A stretch of 64,000 nucleotides of DNA from Octopus bimaculoides. Lineage: Eukaryota. The notes under the pieces are model-generated. The model saw only the letters and a list, made by a program, of their open reading frames with translations, searched no databases and was not told the origin of the DNA. Positions 37,951 through 52,109 of this stretch are shown here, piece after piece (within the stretch, counting starts at the first letter, position 1; each line of letters begins with the position of its first letter). Both the position numbers and the translations under genes were made by a program. The stretch is taken from positions 92,867,426 through 92,931,425 of the forward strand of contig NC_068985.1 of NCBI RefSeq assembly GCF_001194135.2, read 5' to 3'.

Positions 37951-40900
37951 TTCATGAGAATAACTAACAGCAGTATTCAACCTTGGTTTATTAAAACCTA
38001 AAATATATTCAATCATATGAATTCCCTAAGTTGTGCATAAATTGATTTAAAACTATCTTCAGTTTACCTGGGAATGTTGACCCACTCATTATAGTGTCAT
38101 CTAAGTAAAATCGCTATTCAAGGTAGGTTTCATAAAAATAGACACAACAAATCTAACGAAATTTTACTCTAACACTTTTCAAAAAAATTTTCCATGAACA
38201 TTTAAAAAGAAAAGTAGGAATATTTTACATTGATGAATTATTTCAATGCCTTTTTAGTACTTAGGGATCTACTATAGTCATTTTTTTTTCCAGCTGGGAG
38301 CTACAAAACAGCAAATTTAAGAAAATGTCACATAGCTTATAACCCTTCCTTGAAAAGATGTGCTCATAAGCAAACTTTTTGGTTTCTTATATGTATATGG
38401 AAAACTGTAGCTGAGAATTTGATACATACGCATAGATAGGTACATATACTTCTATGTATTAAGATGACAAGTTTTATATTTTTGTGTGTTCAATATTAAA
38501 CTGAGATGCTTATTTTTGTACCGCTCTCTCAGGTTTGCTGACCATTAAACAAAGTAATCACTTCTTAGAGAAAGCTGTTATCTTTTTTATTGTTGTTTCC
38601 ATCAATAATTCTAAAAGATTCTTAGTGATTATCTTTTAAAGTGTCTCTTGTAGATGAGTTTATGCATATTATGTATTAACACACACACACACAATTTAAT
38701 TCTACATATATTAATCCTATATTGGGTTATCTGAACATCCTAATTTGTATGTCTTCTGTAACCCTTGGGTCTATTTCAGCTGCCTTCCACTACTAACTCC
38801 CAGCTCTCCACTTAGAATCTTATTTGTTTGCATGCTTGTTAATTCCTTTTCAGTCATCTCTGTTGCAAAGATGACTGGCATTGCAGATTAGATAGCAGCA
38901 GAATGTGTGTGTGAGGAGGGGAGTCCAAAGAGCTGTTGCTTTCTGTGAAGGAAGAATAGAGATTGTTTATTACAGATCTGGGAATTGATACACAAAGGGG
39001 AGAAAATAGTACCAGAAACAATTGCATTGATTTCTTTCCATGGCATGGAGTAAAGTTAATTGTTTCTAGAGGAAAAGAGGCCAATAAAGCTGTGATAGAA
39101 AAGACAAAGAGAACAGCACAGCTTGAGGTCAGAGGCTGGTTAGCTTGAGTTTATATCAATCAGATGGCTTTTTCATAGATGCAGTGAAGACAGTATTTGT
39201 TTTCTGTGCATTGTTACAGATGTCTCAGCTTTGTTGATGTGTATATTTATATTTACATTTTGTAAATATAAATCAACATGTTAGTATGCACTAGTGTTGG
39301 TGCTTTCATATCAGTCTACTAGAAATAATACTGCGTCTTTTATGCATCTTTGTGGTCATTATATTTATCCATTTATATATGTTTGTAAATACATGTTGAC
39401 TATTAGGTTAAATTATTAATCTTCTACACGAGTGCAAGTTGAGTTGTTTAGCAGTAATGACTGTATTGATCTCGAAAAACCCTTGTTTTAACAATTCATA
39501 TGCAAATAACCTAATTTGTAAAGAAAACATTCTACCAAAGTAAGAACAGTTATAAATAGATTTAAGAATTTCTTTATTACTCATGGGCATTTTCTACACT
39601 TTTGACAAGGAAACTTGATTACCCCACAGGCAAAACAAAAGATAAACCAAAACAAAAAAAAACCCAATTTCCAAACGGTAAAACTGCTAACTTTAAAGGT
39701 TGGCATTGGACATGAAAGAGATCTATTCAACTGAAGAATTCATACTAAAGTATGAATAATTATTGATGCACTGCTTTCTGTAACATATTCAAACTACATA
39801 ACCATACAGTTACTGCTTTTGGATGTAAACTTTAAGCCATTGCATTATATTGAAAAAATATTTCTGAATACAACCATATGATTTTATTCCATAATATAAC
39901 TCCGCACTCTCTATTCTATGTATTTTTTTCTAGCTAATAGAATCTTTGTAGTGAAACGATTATTGGATGATTTATCAATTATAAAACTGGTTTAGAATGG
40001 GATAAGAGCTGAAAGCTAAACTATATGCGACTCAGATTAAACAAGGAAGGAGGAAAAAAGTTTCAATAAATTTAGCATTTTGATTTTCATGACTATGGCC
40101 TACCTTTTCATACAATTTTGTTTTTTTATTGATATTATGAAATATATCTCACTCTGAGATATATTTTAAAGTAGTTGTCATTTAATTTAATAAATATACA
40201 ACAACCCCAAAAAGCCATTTATCATTGTAGGCCATCTTTTGTGTAAAATTCTATAAAATTTAAAAGATTGCATATAACAGTTATTTTTAGAATCTTCGAT
40301 TATGGTTTCTGAGGAATTTTCAAATTGTAATGGTTTTTATTTAAATAAAGAGATCTCAAGAATTTGAAAAAGAATAAATTGTTATTTTAACAGCATTTTA
40401 AATATTACTGAAAGGAATTACATTTCTTCTCAAAATATTATGGCCTAAATTTTGATTTTCCATAATTTTGATGCATTTATTTAGATAAAAGAAACCTGAT
40501 TTTTAAAGAAATGGATATTTCTTAAATATTTTCTTTAGATAGTCGACTTTTTTGCTTTTGGTTCATTAGAGTTTATTGATAAAATAAGAATAACCAGAGA
40601 TAAGTATGAGATGAATTGAAATATTGTAGGAATATGGATGTTATGAATTTGAAATGTTTACCATTTGAAAGTTTTCCAATATTTATAGTTTCATATCTAT
40701 TTTAATGATTGAAATATAAAGCTAAATAGAAATGCTCTCAAAGAAATTAGTTTCCCTTTTGTATTTGTTTTATATCATTAACCTTTTCACTTTATAAGGG
40801 CTTCACCCATTATCTAAGCATACTTATAAAATTATGAACGTTGAGTTTCTTTTATCCACAATTTTGCATGTGACTGAGAAAAAAATGTTACATCTGCTTC

Positions 40901-40989
40901 TCTAGTGAACCTGTGTGCTCAGTATGTAGTTGCTTCTCATTTAAATACATATTTTAGCAAAACTCGATTTTAATTTAATAACTTCATTG

Positions 40990-41630
40990 ATGAGGCATTT
41001 GACGAGAAGGTGAAGATGGCAGTAACGTATAACATTGAAGAGTCCAAGAGGTTCCTAGACAATTTAATGAAGGCCACTGACAAACTATGGCTGGTGTGAA
41101 GTCCCATCCAGATCTACAGTAACAGCATTGGTATGGTCATGTTTCTAGATGATGAAGGCTGTGTAAAGAAGTGCCAGTCTATAATTGTAGCCACAACCAA
41201 TAGAAGGGGTAGACCCAGGAAGATGTGGGATGAGGTGGTGAAATATGATCTTTGCATAGAGGTGATGACAAATGACTGAGACTTCTGGCTATTTACTGCG
41301 CTTGAGAAGACATGTCAAATTAAGTGAAACTGTAGTTGTGGCTAATGCTGGTGACATATAAAAGGCACCTGTGCCAGTAACTCATAAGAGTCACCTATGC
41401 TGGTGGCTCGTAAAAGACACCCATGTTAGTGGCTCGTAAAAGATATCTGTGCTGGTAGCTCGTAAAATACACCTGTGCTGGTGGCTCACAAAAAGGCACC
41501 CAGTAGAGTGGGTGGTGTTAGGAAGGACATCCAACTGTAAAAACCAAGCCAAAAGAGACGATTGGAGCCTGGGACAGCTTTGCAGCCTACCAGCTCCAGT
41601 CAAGGAAAACAGATGTTGAATGATGATGAG
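40990..41630 (+). mobile_element. RTE LINE 3' end (ORF2 C-terminus, UTR with tandem repeats, (ATG)n tail)
   Basis: Reads WYGHVSR/DEGCVKKCQSIIVATTNRRGRPRKMWDEVVKYDL (about 41129-41250), then a 26-bp tandem array, then GGTGTTAGGAAGGACATCC..GATGATGA. Confidence 0.85.
41347..41503 (+). repeat. Six tandem copies of a ~26-bp unit (GCTGGTGGCTCGTAAAAGACACCTGT-like)
   Basis: Units start at 41347, 41373, 41399, 41425, 41451 and 41477, with no spacers. Confidence 0.85.
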
Positions 41631-41851
41631 TGAGTCTGGAAATGATCTCTTGAATCAAAGAGTTCATTGTAATGAAAAAGTAAAGTTAAAGAAAACATTT
41701 TGGTAAAACATTGGTTCTTGCCTGGTCAAGTTGATGTTTCTAAGCAAGATGCTTAAGCATGGGTTCTATCAAAAGGACTGCAAAATTGGGCATAACATCT
41801 TTGTTACATGATCTAAATTTATTTATGAAAATGTGTAACTGATGAGTTCAC

Positions 41852-41854
<3 letters not shown>

Positions 41855-41922
<68 letters not shown>
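41855..41922. repeat. (TAT)n microsatellite
   Basis: Read directly from the sequence. Confidence 0.95.
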
Positions 41923-41923
<1 letters not shown>

Positions 41924-43194
41924 AGACCGTTTCAATTCAGCTGAAGTTAATTTGGACTTTTCTAAATTTGTGCAACAGTTATGTGATACTCTGAAATCAG
42001 TGCCCAAACATTATATAATCATGACCTGATTAAAATAATAGATTGGCTGTTCTTCTATTATATGCCTAATCACAGTACACAACAATTCCACAATGATACA
42101 ATGGTAACTTTATGTGCTCAAAGCATTTCACATATTAAAGTAGTAACAAAACATCACATTTCTACATATTTTGGCTGTTTATAGTTGTTGTCTTCTTTTC
42201 AAATTTTCTGAACTGATTAAAATTTTATTGTTGTATATTACTTACAAGAGAGCATTTAATATAAACAAATATCACATTACATATAAAAGATATATGTATA
42301 TTGATATGTGTATCTAAGTATGAGTGTGTTTCTCTATGTGTATATGGGCAAGTCTGTGTGTGAAACTCTGTATATTAAATTTCAACTTTTTCTGTCTAAT
42401 CTCTTAATTTTAAATGTTTACAATATACTATGCAATTCAATTAGATGATTAACAAGGGGGTTAAAAAAAACCATCAACTGTATTGGTTGATATCTCAAGA
42501 ATAGGGAGTGTAATTTTCTCTGTATTATGAAATGCTAAGTACAATAGCAGAGAGGTTATGATTCAGAGAATCTATTCTATGCTTTAGTGCAAAGCAGAGA
42601 AGTAATTAGTTTGTTTTTGTTCTATTCAAGACAAAGTAGAGTGTTGTGTGTTTAGTGAAATAATGTTGGTTTGTGAATAAGTGAGGGAGAGAGAGAGAGA
42701 GAGATCATTGATACACTAAAACTGAGCTGTTCAAAACAAACTTTGTGAATCAAGAGTTGTAATATGAATGTTAGTGGAGTGATGGAGTTTATTACTGGAC
42801 GATTTAGTCAAAAATAGTTGTGAGATTACTGTTAAAACTGTTAAATGTGGTTTGTGGTTGATCAAGCAAAGCTCAGTGATGCTGAGGTCCCCCTACACAC
42901 CCAAGTCTTCGTATACAAAGATGGTGGTGCCCCAGCATGACCACAATTACATCGCTGAAACACATAGAAGAAATAAGAGCCAGACTGTAAGTATCTATTG
43001 TGTGAAAATATTTTGTGTTCTGTATTTAAGATTAGTCCTTACAGAGATTTTAAAATATTGGAAATTTTACATGCAATAATTTTCCCATACATCAGGAGAA
43101 GGATGATATTATGTACATGCTTCTTACTTTCCTGTATTATCATCAATTTGAATATAGTATGCTTTCAGGTTTGTTATTAACTATATTTTACACA

Positions 43195-43579
43195 GTGGAG
43201 GTGCAATGGCCCAGTGGTTAGGGCAGCAGACTCGCAGTTATAGGATCGCAGTTTTGATTCCCAGGTCGAGCGTTGTGAGTGTTTATTGAGCGAAAACACC
43301 TAAAAGCTCCACGAGGCTCTGGCAGGGGATGGTGGTGAACCGTGCTGTACTCTTCCACCACAACTTTCTCTCACTCTTACTTCCTGTTTCTGTTATACCT
43401 GTAATTCAAAGAGTCAGCTTTGTCACACTGTGTCACGCTGAATATCCCCGAGAACTACGTTAAGAGTACACATGTCTGTGGGATGCTCAGCCACTTGCAC
43501 GTTAATTTCACGGGCAAGCTGTTCCGTTGATCAGATCAACTGGAACCCTCATCGTCGTAAGCGATGGAGCGACAACATG
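43195..43579 (+). mobile_element. tRNA-derived SINE, family C, full length with 13-bp TSD
   Basis: A box TGGCCCAGTGG and B-box-like GTTTTGATTCC. TATATTTTACACA is repeated at 43182-43194 and 43580-43592. Confidence 0.92.
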
Positions 43580-44638
43580 TATATTTTACACATTGATTTC
43601 CAATAAGTCAAGACAATTGCTGTGACCCTTTGCTAGGCATTTTAGGCTTTAATAACATCTGGGAAAGGGCTGAAATGACAATTAATTTTCGCATTTTACT
43701 TATAGTGAGCATATGCAAAATTTATCTGTTTCATCCTGATAATTGATATTTCATAATGTATACTTTTGAATGGTTAGGTTGTTTACATATGTACTTTATC
43801 TGATTCACATTTTATTAATACTTCATGTTCTGAGTAGTGATGGGAGTAAATCAATTCTGAGAAAATATTTCTATAAATTCAATGAAATAACCTTCAGAAT
43901 GTTCTCTAAGAAACATATTTGTGCATCTTAATATTTGGATCTGAAAGGCAAGGGAAACTATATTGTAAGGATTCCACTTTATGCTCTTAGAAAAAGTAAA
44001 CCTGATTTGTTTAGTTCACAGGTTTGTAATTAGAAAATACTTCAATATTTTTCTGGTCTAACATTTTAAATGTCAGCTCTAATCAGATTTTTGTTGCAGT
44101 TTTACATCTCAATATTATTTTTTTGATTCTCTTTCATATCCATCTTCAATCAATTTATTTTAAATGTCACACATGAATATACAAATGAACTTTGAATGAG
44201 CAATGGATTTGAAATGAATTCAGCTACTTTCAAAACAAGTCTCCCTTTTTCTTGTAACTGTTTCACAATATATTTGTCACCTTTGTGCGTGTGTATTGAA
44301 ATATCTATTTGAAACAGAAAATATATCTAACTGTACAGTGTGTTCCTCTGTCTATGTGCATATGTGGTGCTGGACTAAATAATGAAAACGCCCTGTTAAA
44401 TAGTTTTATTATTTAATATGGAATTGGTCCACCCTTGGAAGCAATCACTGATTTAATATGCTTGTATTTGATATCTAAATACAAGTTTAAGGATTGACTT
44501 GTACAGGTTCTGAACAGTTGTCAGAGGGAATTTGAGCTTGCATGTTGGTGACACTCGCAACTATCGTGTGATGTCAAAAGCAAGAAGACAGTCACACACA
44601 CACGCACACACATACACACACTGGGCTTCTTTCAGTTT

Positions 44639-44872
44639 CTTATTTCTTTATTGCCCACAAGGGGTTAAACATAGAGGGGATAAACAAGGACAGACAAAGG
44701 GATTAAGTCGATTACATCGACCCCAGTGTGTAACTGGTACTTAATTTATCGACTCCAAAAGGATGAAAGGCAAAGTCGTCCTCAGCAGAATTTGAACTCA
44801 GAACGTAAAGACAGACAAAATACCGCTATGTATTTCGCCCAGCATGCTAACGATTCTGCCAGCTCACTGCCC
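44639..44872 (-). mobile_element. tRNA-derived SINE, family D (tail type 1)
   Basis: Reverse complement of the 55462-55673 element, including the GTGGGCAATAAAGAAATAAG tail. Confidence 0.85.
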
Positions 44873-44890
44873 TACACACACCATATATTA

Positions 44891-45101
44891 TTCTCTACTC
44901 CAGCCACAAGGCTCAATATTTTGAGGGAGGAGGCCAGTCGATTAGATCGACTTTAATACGCAACTGGTACTTAATTTTATCGACCATGAAAGGATGAAAG
45001 ACAAAGCCAACCTCAGCGGAATTTGAACTCAGAACGTAGCGGCAGACAAAATACCGCTAAGCATTTCACCCGATGTGCTAACGTTTCTGCCAGCTCGCCA
45101 C
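44891..45101 (-). mobile_element. tRNA-derived SINE, family D head/core with a different tail (type 2)
   Basis: Shares ACTGGTACTTAATTT(T)ATCGAC..GGAATTTGAACTCAGAACGTA with the copy just upstream, but the tail is unrelated. A possible TSD TATATTA lies at 44884-90 and 45104-10. Confidence 0.8.
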
Positions 45102-48100
45102 TTTATATTAATCAGCAAATGGCTATGTAAGGCAGATTAATCTTGTCACTAACGACTATGTATCTGTATTTGTAATAATGAAGTTAAACGAAATAGTGAT
45201 ATTTTGGAATCATGTAATGCATACATTTCAGGTTTGAATAATACATATTAGGAAATGCATTTGTTAGGTAAACCTCCCTCAGTCAGAGCATTCCAAAAAT
45301 ATGAAGAAATTGATGGCAAAATGTCAATATATATATGTGGTTAGAACAGTAAAGAGGGTAGAAGGATAGATCTGTATACAGAGGGGGAATTTGTATATAT
45401 GTGCATGTATGTCTGTATATAGGTGTGTGTGTGGTATGTGTGTATGTATGCATACATGCATGTATGTATGCATGTATGCATGTGTGCACATGGGTATCTT
45501 TTATTACGCTATGACATGTTGAGTGCTTAGCACAAAGCACTTCATTCTAACAGTGAAGTAATGAAAACTTTTTTTTGCTAAAGAAGTGTATTTTCACATT
45601 TATTAAAGAAAAGAAATTTGGCACTGTTCAATATGGTTGCTAATGTTCTTTGTTTCTGATTATTTTTTTTTTTTTCACTGAGGAATTGAATGATTCTTTT
45701 TCATCCAAGTCAAATACAGATTGGATAAAATAATGCATACTGATATTTTTTTTCTTTTCAAATTTTCATTTTATCATACCAATTTACTTAAAAGTATTCA
45801 ATAATAGTCCAAGTAAAAGTAGTTATAGTACCACTGACACATTTTTGTTTAAATACGTGTGAAATTAGGTTCTTAAGATTTAATCATAATAATTATCATT
45901 GTTTATACAAATCTCCAAACCTTAATTGATCACTGCTGAATGTTTTTGAGAATATGATAATAAAAAGAAAGAAAAACAACAACAAAATGTTTTCATATCA
46001 ATTTTTAATATTACATTCATAGAGCTAACATTTATTGGAAGTAACATTTTGAGAGCATTATGATGCTGAAATACAGAATGCATTGTAAGGCTCACTTGTA
46101 AGCAAAGCTGCAGTTTTATTCACTAAATATAGATTCCATTATATCACTGACCGCTTTGACATTCTATATTCATTGTTTTCATGATGTCTTTAAATAGTTG
46201 AGTCTGTTTAAGTTATCTTCTAATTTTCTTCATCATTCCATCCAGTCTACCCTCTTTTGATCACAATCTGACATTCAAGCAAATCCATTTCACTATTACC
46301 AAGTTTCAATTATTCATTCTCCTCATACTACCATACTGCTTCTATTTTCGCTTGTACATGTCATATCTAGAGATGTTAATTTTCAACCTAAATCATAATT
46401 ACTTATTGCTGAAATTTATGTTTAATATTCTATAAATACTCATATCTCCCATCTACTAATGCAAGCTTCATGTTTTTACCGTCTATATATCACTGCCATA
46501 GAGTTGTACATTTTTGAACATCTTGTGTTAGAAATTCTCTTCAACGAAAAACAGGCAGCATTTATCTAAGCTTCTATAATGCAGTGGCATTATTAAATAG
46601 TTAAATTAGTGTTAACATATTTAGAGGAATGGAGCATTCAGAGACTATCTAGAAATATGTGAAGAAAGGAGGGATCAGTGAACAACTAATGTTTTTATTG
46701 TTCTTAGCAAATACACGAACCAAACCTGGACATGTTTTTGTTTTATGACATCAACAACATTTATTGAAATGATGAAAGAATTACTAGATAAATGTACATG
46801 AGTGCACACTTATCAGAAATTTGGAATTGTTTAGAAATGAAAATATCTTAAACAGTTTATCTGTGATATCACTGAACTGACTACAGTGAAATGTTTCTAA
46901 TGCAATATATATGCAGCTCAAGGTTATTTTGTGTAGTAGAAATTATTATAGCTTTTGGTTTAAATATGCTAGCTATCCTTGACATTTTTTTATATTATTA
47001 TTTCAAAATTATTGTAAAATAGAAATTAAATAATAGTATAATTGTTGTTATTGTATTTATTACATGACTATGTTTCAATAATATTGTATAACTTGTTTTA
47101 AAAAATTGGTCGCCAACCACATTTGACAGGTGTTATATGATCTTTGCACTATTTATATTTTTTGCTTTGTGTATTGTGTTTTTCAATAGAATTTAAAACA
47201 AAACTAGCTGATTAACTTATCGTTATCATCATCACCAACAGCATTGTTTTATTCTCCATTTTTCCATACTGACCTTGTGAACGTTTCTACAACTATGTAG
47301 GACTTGTTTCATTCTTTTTCATTCCTGACTATTTTATATGGTTTTTGAGAATCACTGCTTCCTATGCTAATTTGGTTACTTGATTATCAAAACCAATTTT
47401 CTAATTCTCGTGAACCATATGTGCAATTTGTAATCTAGTCCTTTACTTAGTGCATAAGTCTCCACTTTTATTACCTTCCTTAAGTCTTTAGTATTGAATT
47501 CCAACTAGTGACTACTTGCATCATGAGTAACAACCAGACGCCAGGGTGCTCTAACTGTCTGTACTCTTCACTTTAATGAAGACACTCTGAGCTTCATAAT
47601 ATTTTTCATTTAAGCCTCTTGTCTGTGGTAACTCTTGTAAGTTTGAAATTTTCTTCACATCTTCAATAGAATCTATAATGGTACATATTCACCAAGAACA
47701 TGACTATAATGATTATATACTGATTCGTGATGAACACCAGGCTCTGAAATCACTGCAAATCTCAAACTTACATACATAAAAATATATATATACATTGTAA
47801 CTACTTTCATGAATAATTTATCATCTAACCAATTACAAAGTTACAAACTCTGTCAAACCTTGTTTAAGGGTTGAAAATGATGAATGCATAACAGAAATAT
47901 TGGTTTCGATATTGGGATGATTTTCTTTCCAAATAAACTATATTTCAAATAATTGTGCATTGAAAAACATATTAGATAAAATAATTATTTTTCATAATTA
48001 AATGCATTTTTACGTATTAATCATAACTATGAAATAATATATTTTTACATTTATTTATATCTTCCAATTCTATGTGCTTATTACTTTAAAATCTGTATGC

Positions 48101-51100
48101 TGTATCAATGATATTTACTGCGGATTGTCTGCTATGAAACACTAGTTCATACTTTGTTACAAATAATGCATCATACAATCAAACATTTGCAATGCACACT
48201 TTTAAACATTAATATCAACCTTTAATACCAAGCTACTTTATAACCTAGTCTGTTTCTCATTTACACATCTGACAAACCATAATGAATTCCTTTCTCAGGC
48301 GGAGAAACTCTCTCTCTCTCACACACACACACATACACATACACATAAATAATGCCAAAATTTTTACTGACACTTAATTACTTTTGGAAAGAACATTATT
48401 TTCAAAATGATTCTTCTGGTTGAATCTAACAAATTGTTTCTTATACTTTAATGCTCAATTTTCTTGCATGCAGCAGTGGAATGAAATCTGAAAATGGATT
48501 TTTGATGAGCTTTAATATCCACTCTGGAAAATCTTAAAAAGGGGTTAAAAATACTATTTTATTCTAACTTAGCTTTGGGGAATTTCATTACATCACCCCT
48601 CTTGGCTGCACCAAGTTCACAATTCTACTGGTAATTTTAATGTTGCTTACAAACAAGGCTAAAACATGTAATTATTTATGCTAACACTTCCATGATAGGT
48701 AACTGTTCAACTGAATAATTAACAAAAAATGTATATATTGCATTATATACAAAATAAATGCATGGAATTTACATACAAGAAAGTTTTCTTTATTATATTT
48801 ACTCAAATCTCTCTCTCTCACTCTCTCTCTCTCGTGTGTGTGTGTGCAACTTATATAAATGTGCATGCACACACACACACTGGAGGAAGAGAAGCATTTA
48901 ATGGAAAGTCAAAAAACAGATTTTTTTTTTTGTTTATTGAATGTCAAAATGCAAATTTAATTGCTGTGTTTTGTAGTAGCTTTTTGCAATTTAATGCAGC
49001 ATTTCTAAAGAACTGCTTGGTGCACTTAGCTCAAAGAATTCCATGCTTCAGTCAACACTCTGCATTACATTTTTTATCCTTAAAACTACGGAATTATAAT
49101 TGAAAATTATAGTATTTTAAATTCTGCTGTAAATCTAACAGTCCATAATGTCAAGTTATTTACTTTCTTATTTTTAATTTTTGGATTTTTTAAAAACATT
49201 TTGGCTGACTTTTTACTTCTATACTTGAAATGTGAATTAGAAGTTCAATGCATTCCATCATGGACAAGTTGTATATGCTTACGTATATAATTTAGTATCT
49301 GTGTGTGAATATGTGTATACATTTACTCACATGTGTGTTAGTATTTATTTCACTTTCAGTGTAAAATTGATGTGAAAATGAATGTTTAGAAGTTGATTGG
49401 GTATGTATATAAATTAATCAGGCAATTCTTGTCTGTTACAACGTTAACGAACAGAATATGAATTTTAATAAAAGGAATTTCTACATAAGTTATATTTACC
49501 TAATCAGCTCATATTTTTCTAAGAATATCTTAAGTGTTAGTTTAGATCAAGATTTTTTATCAACCCAGTCATAAGTAGAGATATCATTGTGTGAATAAAT
49601 TGATTCTTGGATTTTGGTGAAAGGTATATTTGTGAAGTTGTTCATGTGTTGTCAATAGAATCGTTTAGTTTATGCCCCAAATTAGCTTTACTTGCATTCT
49701 CTCTTATGCTTTAACCATTAGCACTTGTTTTTGAGGCAGACATATAAACAATTGACAATCACTCATTTGCAGTGTAAACAATATTGTAACTTTTACATAG
49801 AAACAGATCATAAGTTTGTTGCTTCATGATAGATTTTCAAAATGTCACCTTTCTGATTATAGTTGTAGCATTTATTATACATGTCTTGATCTTTCACACA
49901 CATTTACACACCTGAGCATATGTTGTATATTGATTGTTATTGAATAAATATCGATGGGTTTTGCACCTTAGATGATTCTATGGATTTAATTTCTTATTTT
50001 CTTTTTATACGTCTTTTTCTCATTATTTTTCATTGAAACATCTCTGTTGGTGTTCCATCTATAAATAGCATAATGTTTCCTTCAAGATGATTCTAATGAT
50101 GATTAATGATAAATTTTAGAATGAAGAGCAAATATGAAGTAAATAAGTATCTTGTATTGACTACAAAAAAATGTATGCACAATTGAAGCCAAGAGATGCA
50201 TAAAAGGAAAGGTGAGATCTGAGCAGAGAATGTTAAGCTTCACACGTAAGATGACATGATAGTAAAGAATGAAGATGATATGTTGTGATACAGAATATGC
50301 CAAACTCTGCCAGAAATGAAAAACAGGCATTAAAATGGTGATGATGATAGCATTTGCTCAGTGACTTCGCTGTACATGATAGCTTGAAGCACTCTTAAAT
50401 ATTCACCGAATTTAGTCTCTACATATAATTTCTCTTGTTTCAGGCCACAGTATTAAGAGCTTTATTTTTCTGATATCTACCTCATACAAGAATATTCCAT
50501 ATAATGCTACACATGGGCACATGTGTTTACATGGGTGGCTGCACTTCTACCATAATGCACTACAATTTAAATAGCTTGTATTAAATATTTATCTTGTTAC
50601 ATCTCTACTCTATGGTGCAAACACCTTTACCAGTGGTGGTGAAACATTTACATCATATTATCAATTAGATAAGAAATTTAGAAATGCAAAATGTTTATTT
50701 TTTTCTATTATTAACACTAATGTGTAGAATTGCATAACTATCTTAACTATAGTAAAGTCCATTAGTGAGTATTTTCCTTGCATTTACTGTTGTATGGTAG
50801 GCAGAATGGATCATAGCCTCAGAGTTTTCTTACTGAATGTGAAGGCTTTCAAAGAAAATTAGTGAATGCCTGCTTGTGAAGTAAACTTGTTGATTATTGG
50901 AAACTTTCTTACGGTGCTTTTATGTAGCTTAAATGCTTCTTACAGACTGTTAATCTACTTTGTGTCCCTTGTATTGTTCAGGTTACAGTGTACAGGATCA
51001 TGTCAAATGTATTATTGTCAATTTGCTTTTCTTTAAATAAGCACTTTTCTCTCCTTAACTGAGAACTTCTTTTAGCTGCCTCCCTAGAAATTTAACTTAT

Positions 51101-51760
51101 TGTTCCATATCCCAACACAAACCTAAACTATATCTTAAACTGATTTTGTATCTAGTGAAAAACTGAGAATTACTTTTAGTATTTAGTTAACTAATTTGAA
51201 GACTCTCTAACTGCTCCATTCCTACTTGCATCATATGCATATTTAACTGTTTACAGTAGTATTGCAACTACAGCTGTTAGAGATAACCTTACTGTACCAC
51301 CTGATTAACATAACTAGTGACTGGCAAAGCACCAACATAGTTACTGAGATGCTGGAAAACTATTCAACATTAATTGCCTAAATATCTTATAAACCCTACA
51401 ATTGGCCATTTTTGTGGATCCACTTGGAGTATACCACTTTCACTATGCCATGCATGTTGCTCATTCATGGAGCTCACAGTACATTCATGTTTCTTTTCAT
51501 TGTTACTGAGGACACCAGTCTTGTTTCGAACGCTCTTCCTTCTAATTACATCTTGTTGTATCAAACAGTTTCTTCAACATAGACTTAATCTTATTATTTG
51601 GAAGTCATTCATTCAATCAGTTAAACTAAGGTGGGATTAAAGTCTTGCTGTTTAATGTATATTTTTAAATGATTGAAAGTGATAAATTTGTAAACAATAC
51701 TCGGATTCATGTCAGAAGATTTGTTATCTTTTTCCCTCAAATTGTGTTCAAATATATATT

Positions 51761-52109
51761 ACTCTCTTTACTCTTTTACTTGTTTCAGTCATTTGACTGT
51801 GGCCATGCTGGAGCACTGCCTTTAGTCGAGCAAATCGACCCCCAGGACTTATTCTTTGTAAGCTTAGTACTTATTCTATCGGTCTATTTTGCCAGACCGC
51901 TAAGTTACGGGGACATATACACACACATACATATATATATATATACGATGGGCTTCTTTCAGTTTCCGTCTACCAAATCCACTCACAAGGCTTTGGTCAG
52001 CCAGGGGCTATAGTAGAAGACACTTGCCCAAGGTGCCACGCAGTGGTACTGAACCCGGAACCATGTGGTTTGTAAGGTAGCTACTTACCACACAGCCACT
52101 CCTGCACCT
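51761..52109 (-). mobile_element. tRNA-derived SINE, family A (short middle)
   Basis: Same head, core and tail as 7783-8207. Part of the segment between the microsatellite and the tail is missing. Confidence 0.85.

Noticed and set aside
38976-39055. Possible exon IWELIHKGEKIVPETIALISFHGM
   Set aside because: The splice signals are mediocre, there is no homology, and no partner exon was found.
41347-41503. CRISPR-like look of the 26-bp repeats
   Set aside because: The units are contiguous with no unique spacers, lie inside a LINE UTR, and there are no cas genes in this eukaryotic context.
41838-41856. CTGATGAG as another hammerhead core
   Set aside because: No helix II or GAAA follows; it runs into (TAT)n.
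42852-42993. ORF with an HDHNY (HCF-1-binding-like) motif ending at a GTAAGT donor
   Set aside because: The reverse complement aligns with the family-A SINE tail (about 31/40 matches), and there is no good acceptor upstream. It is probably repeat-derived.
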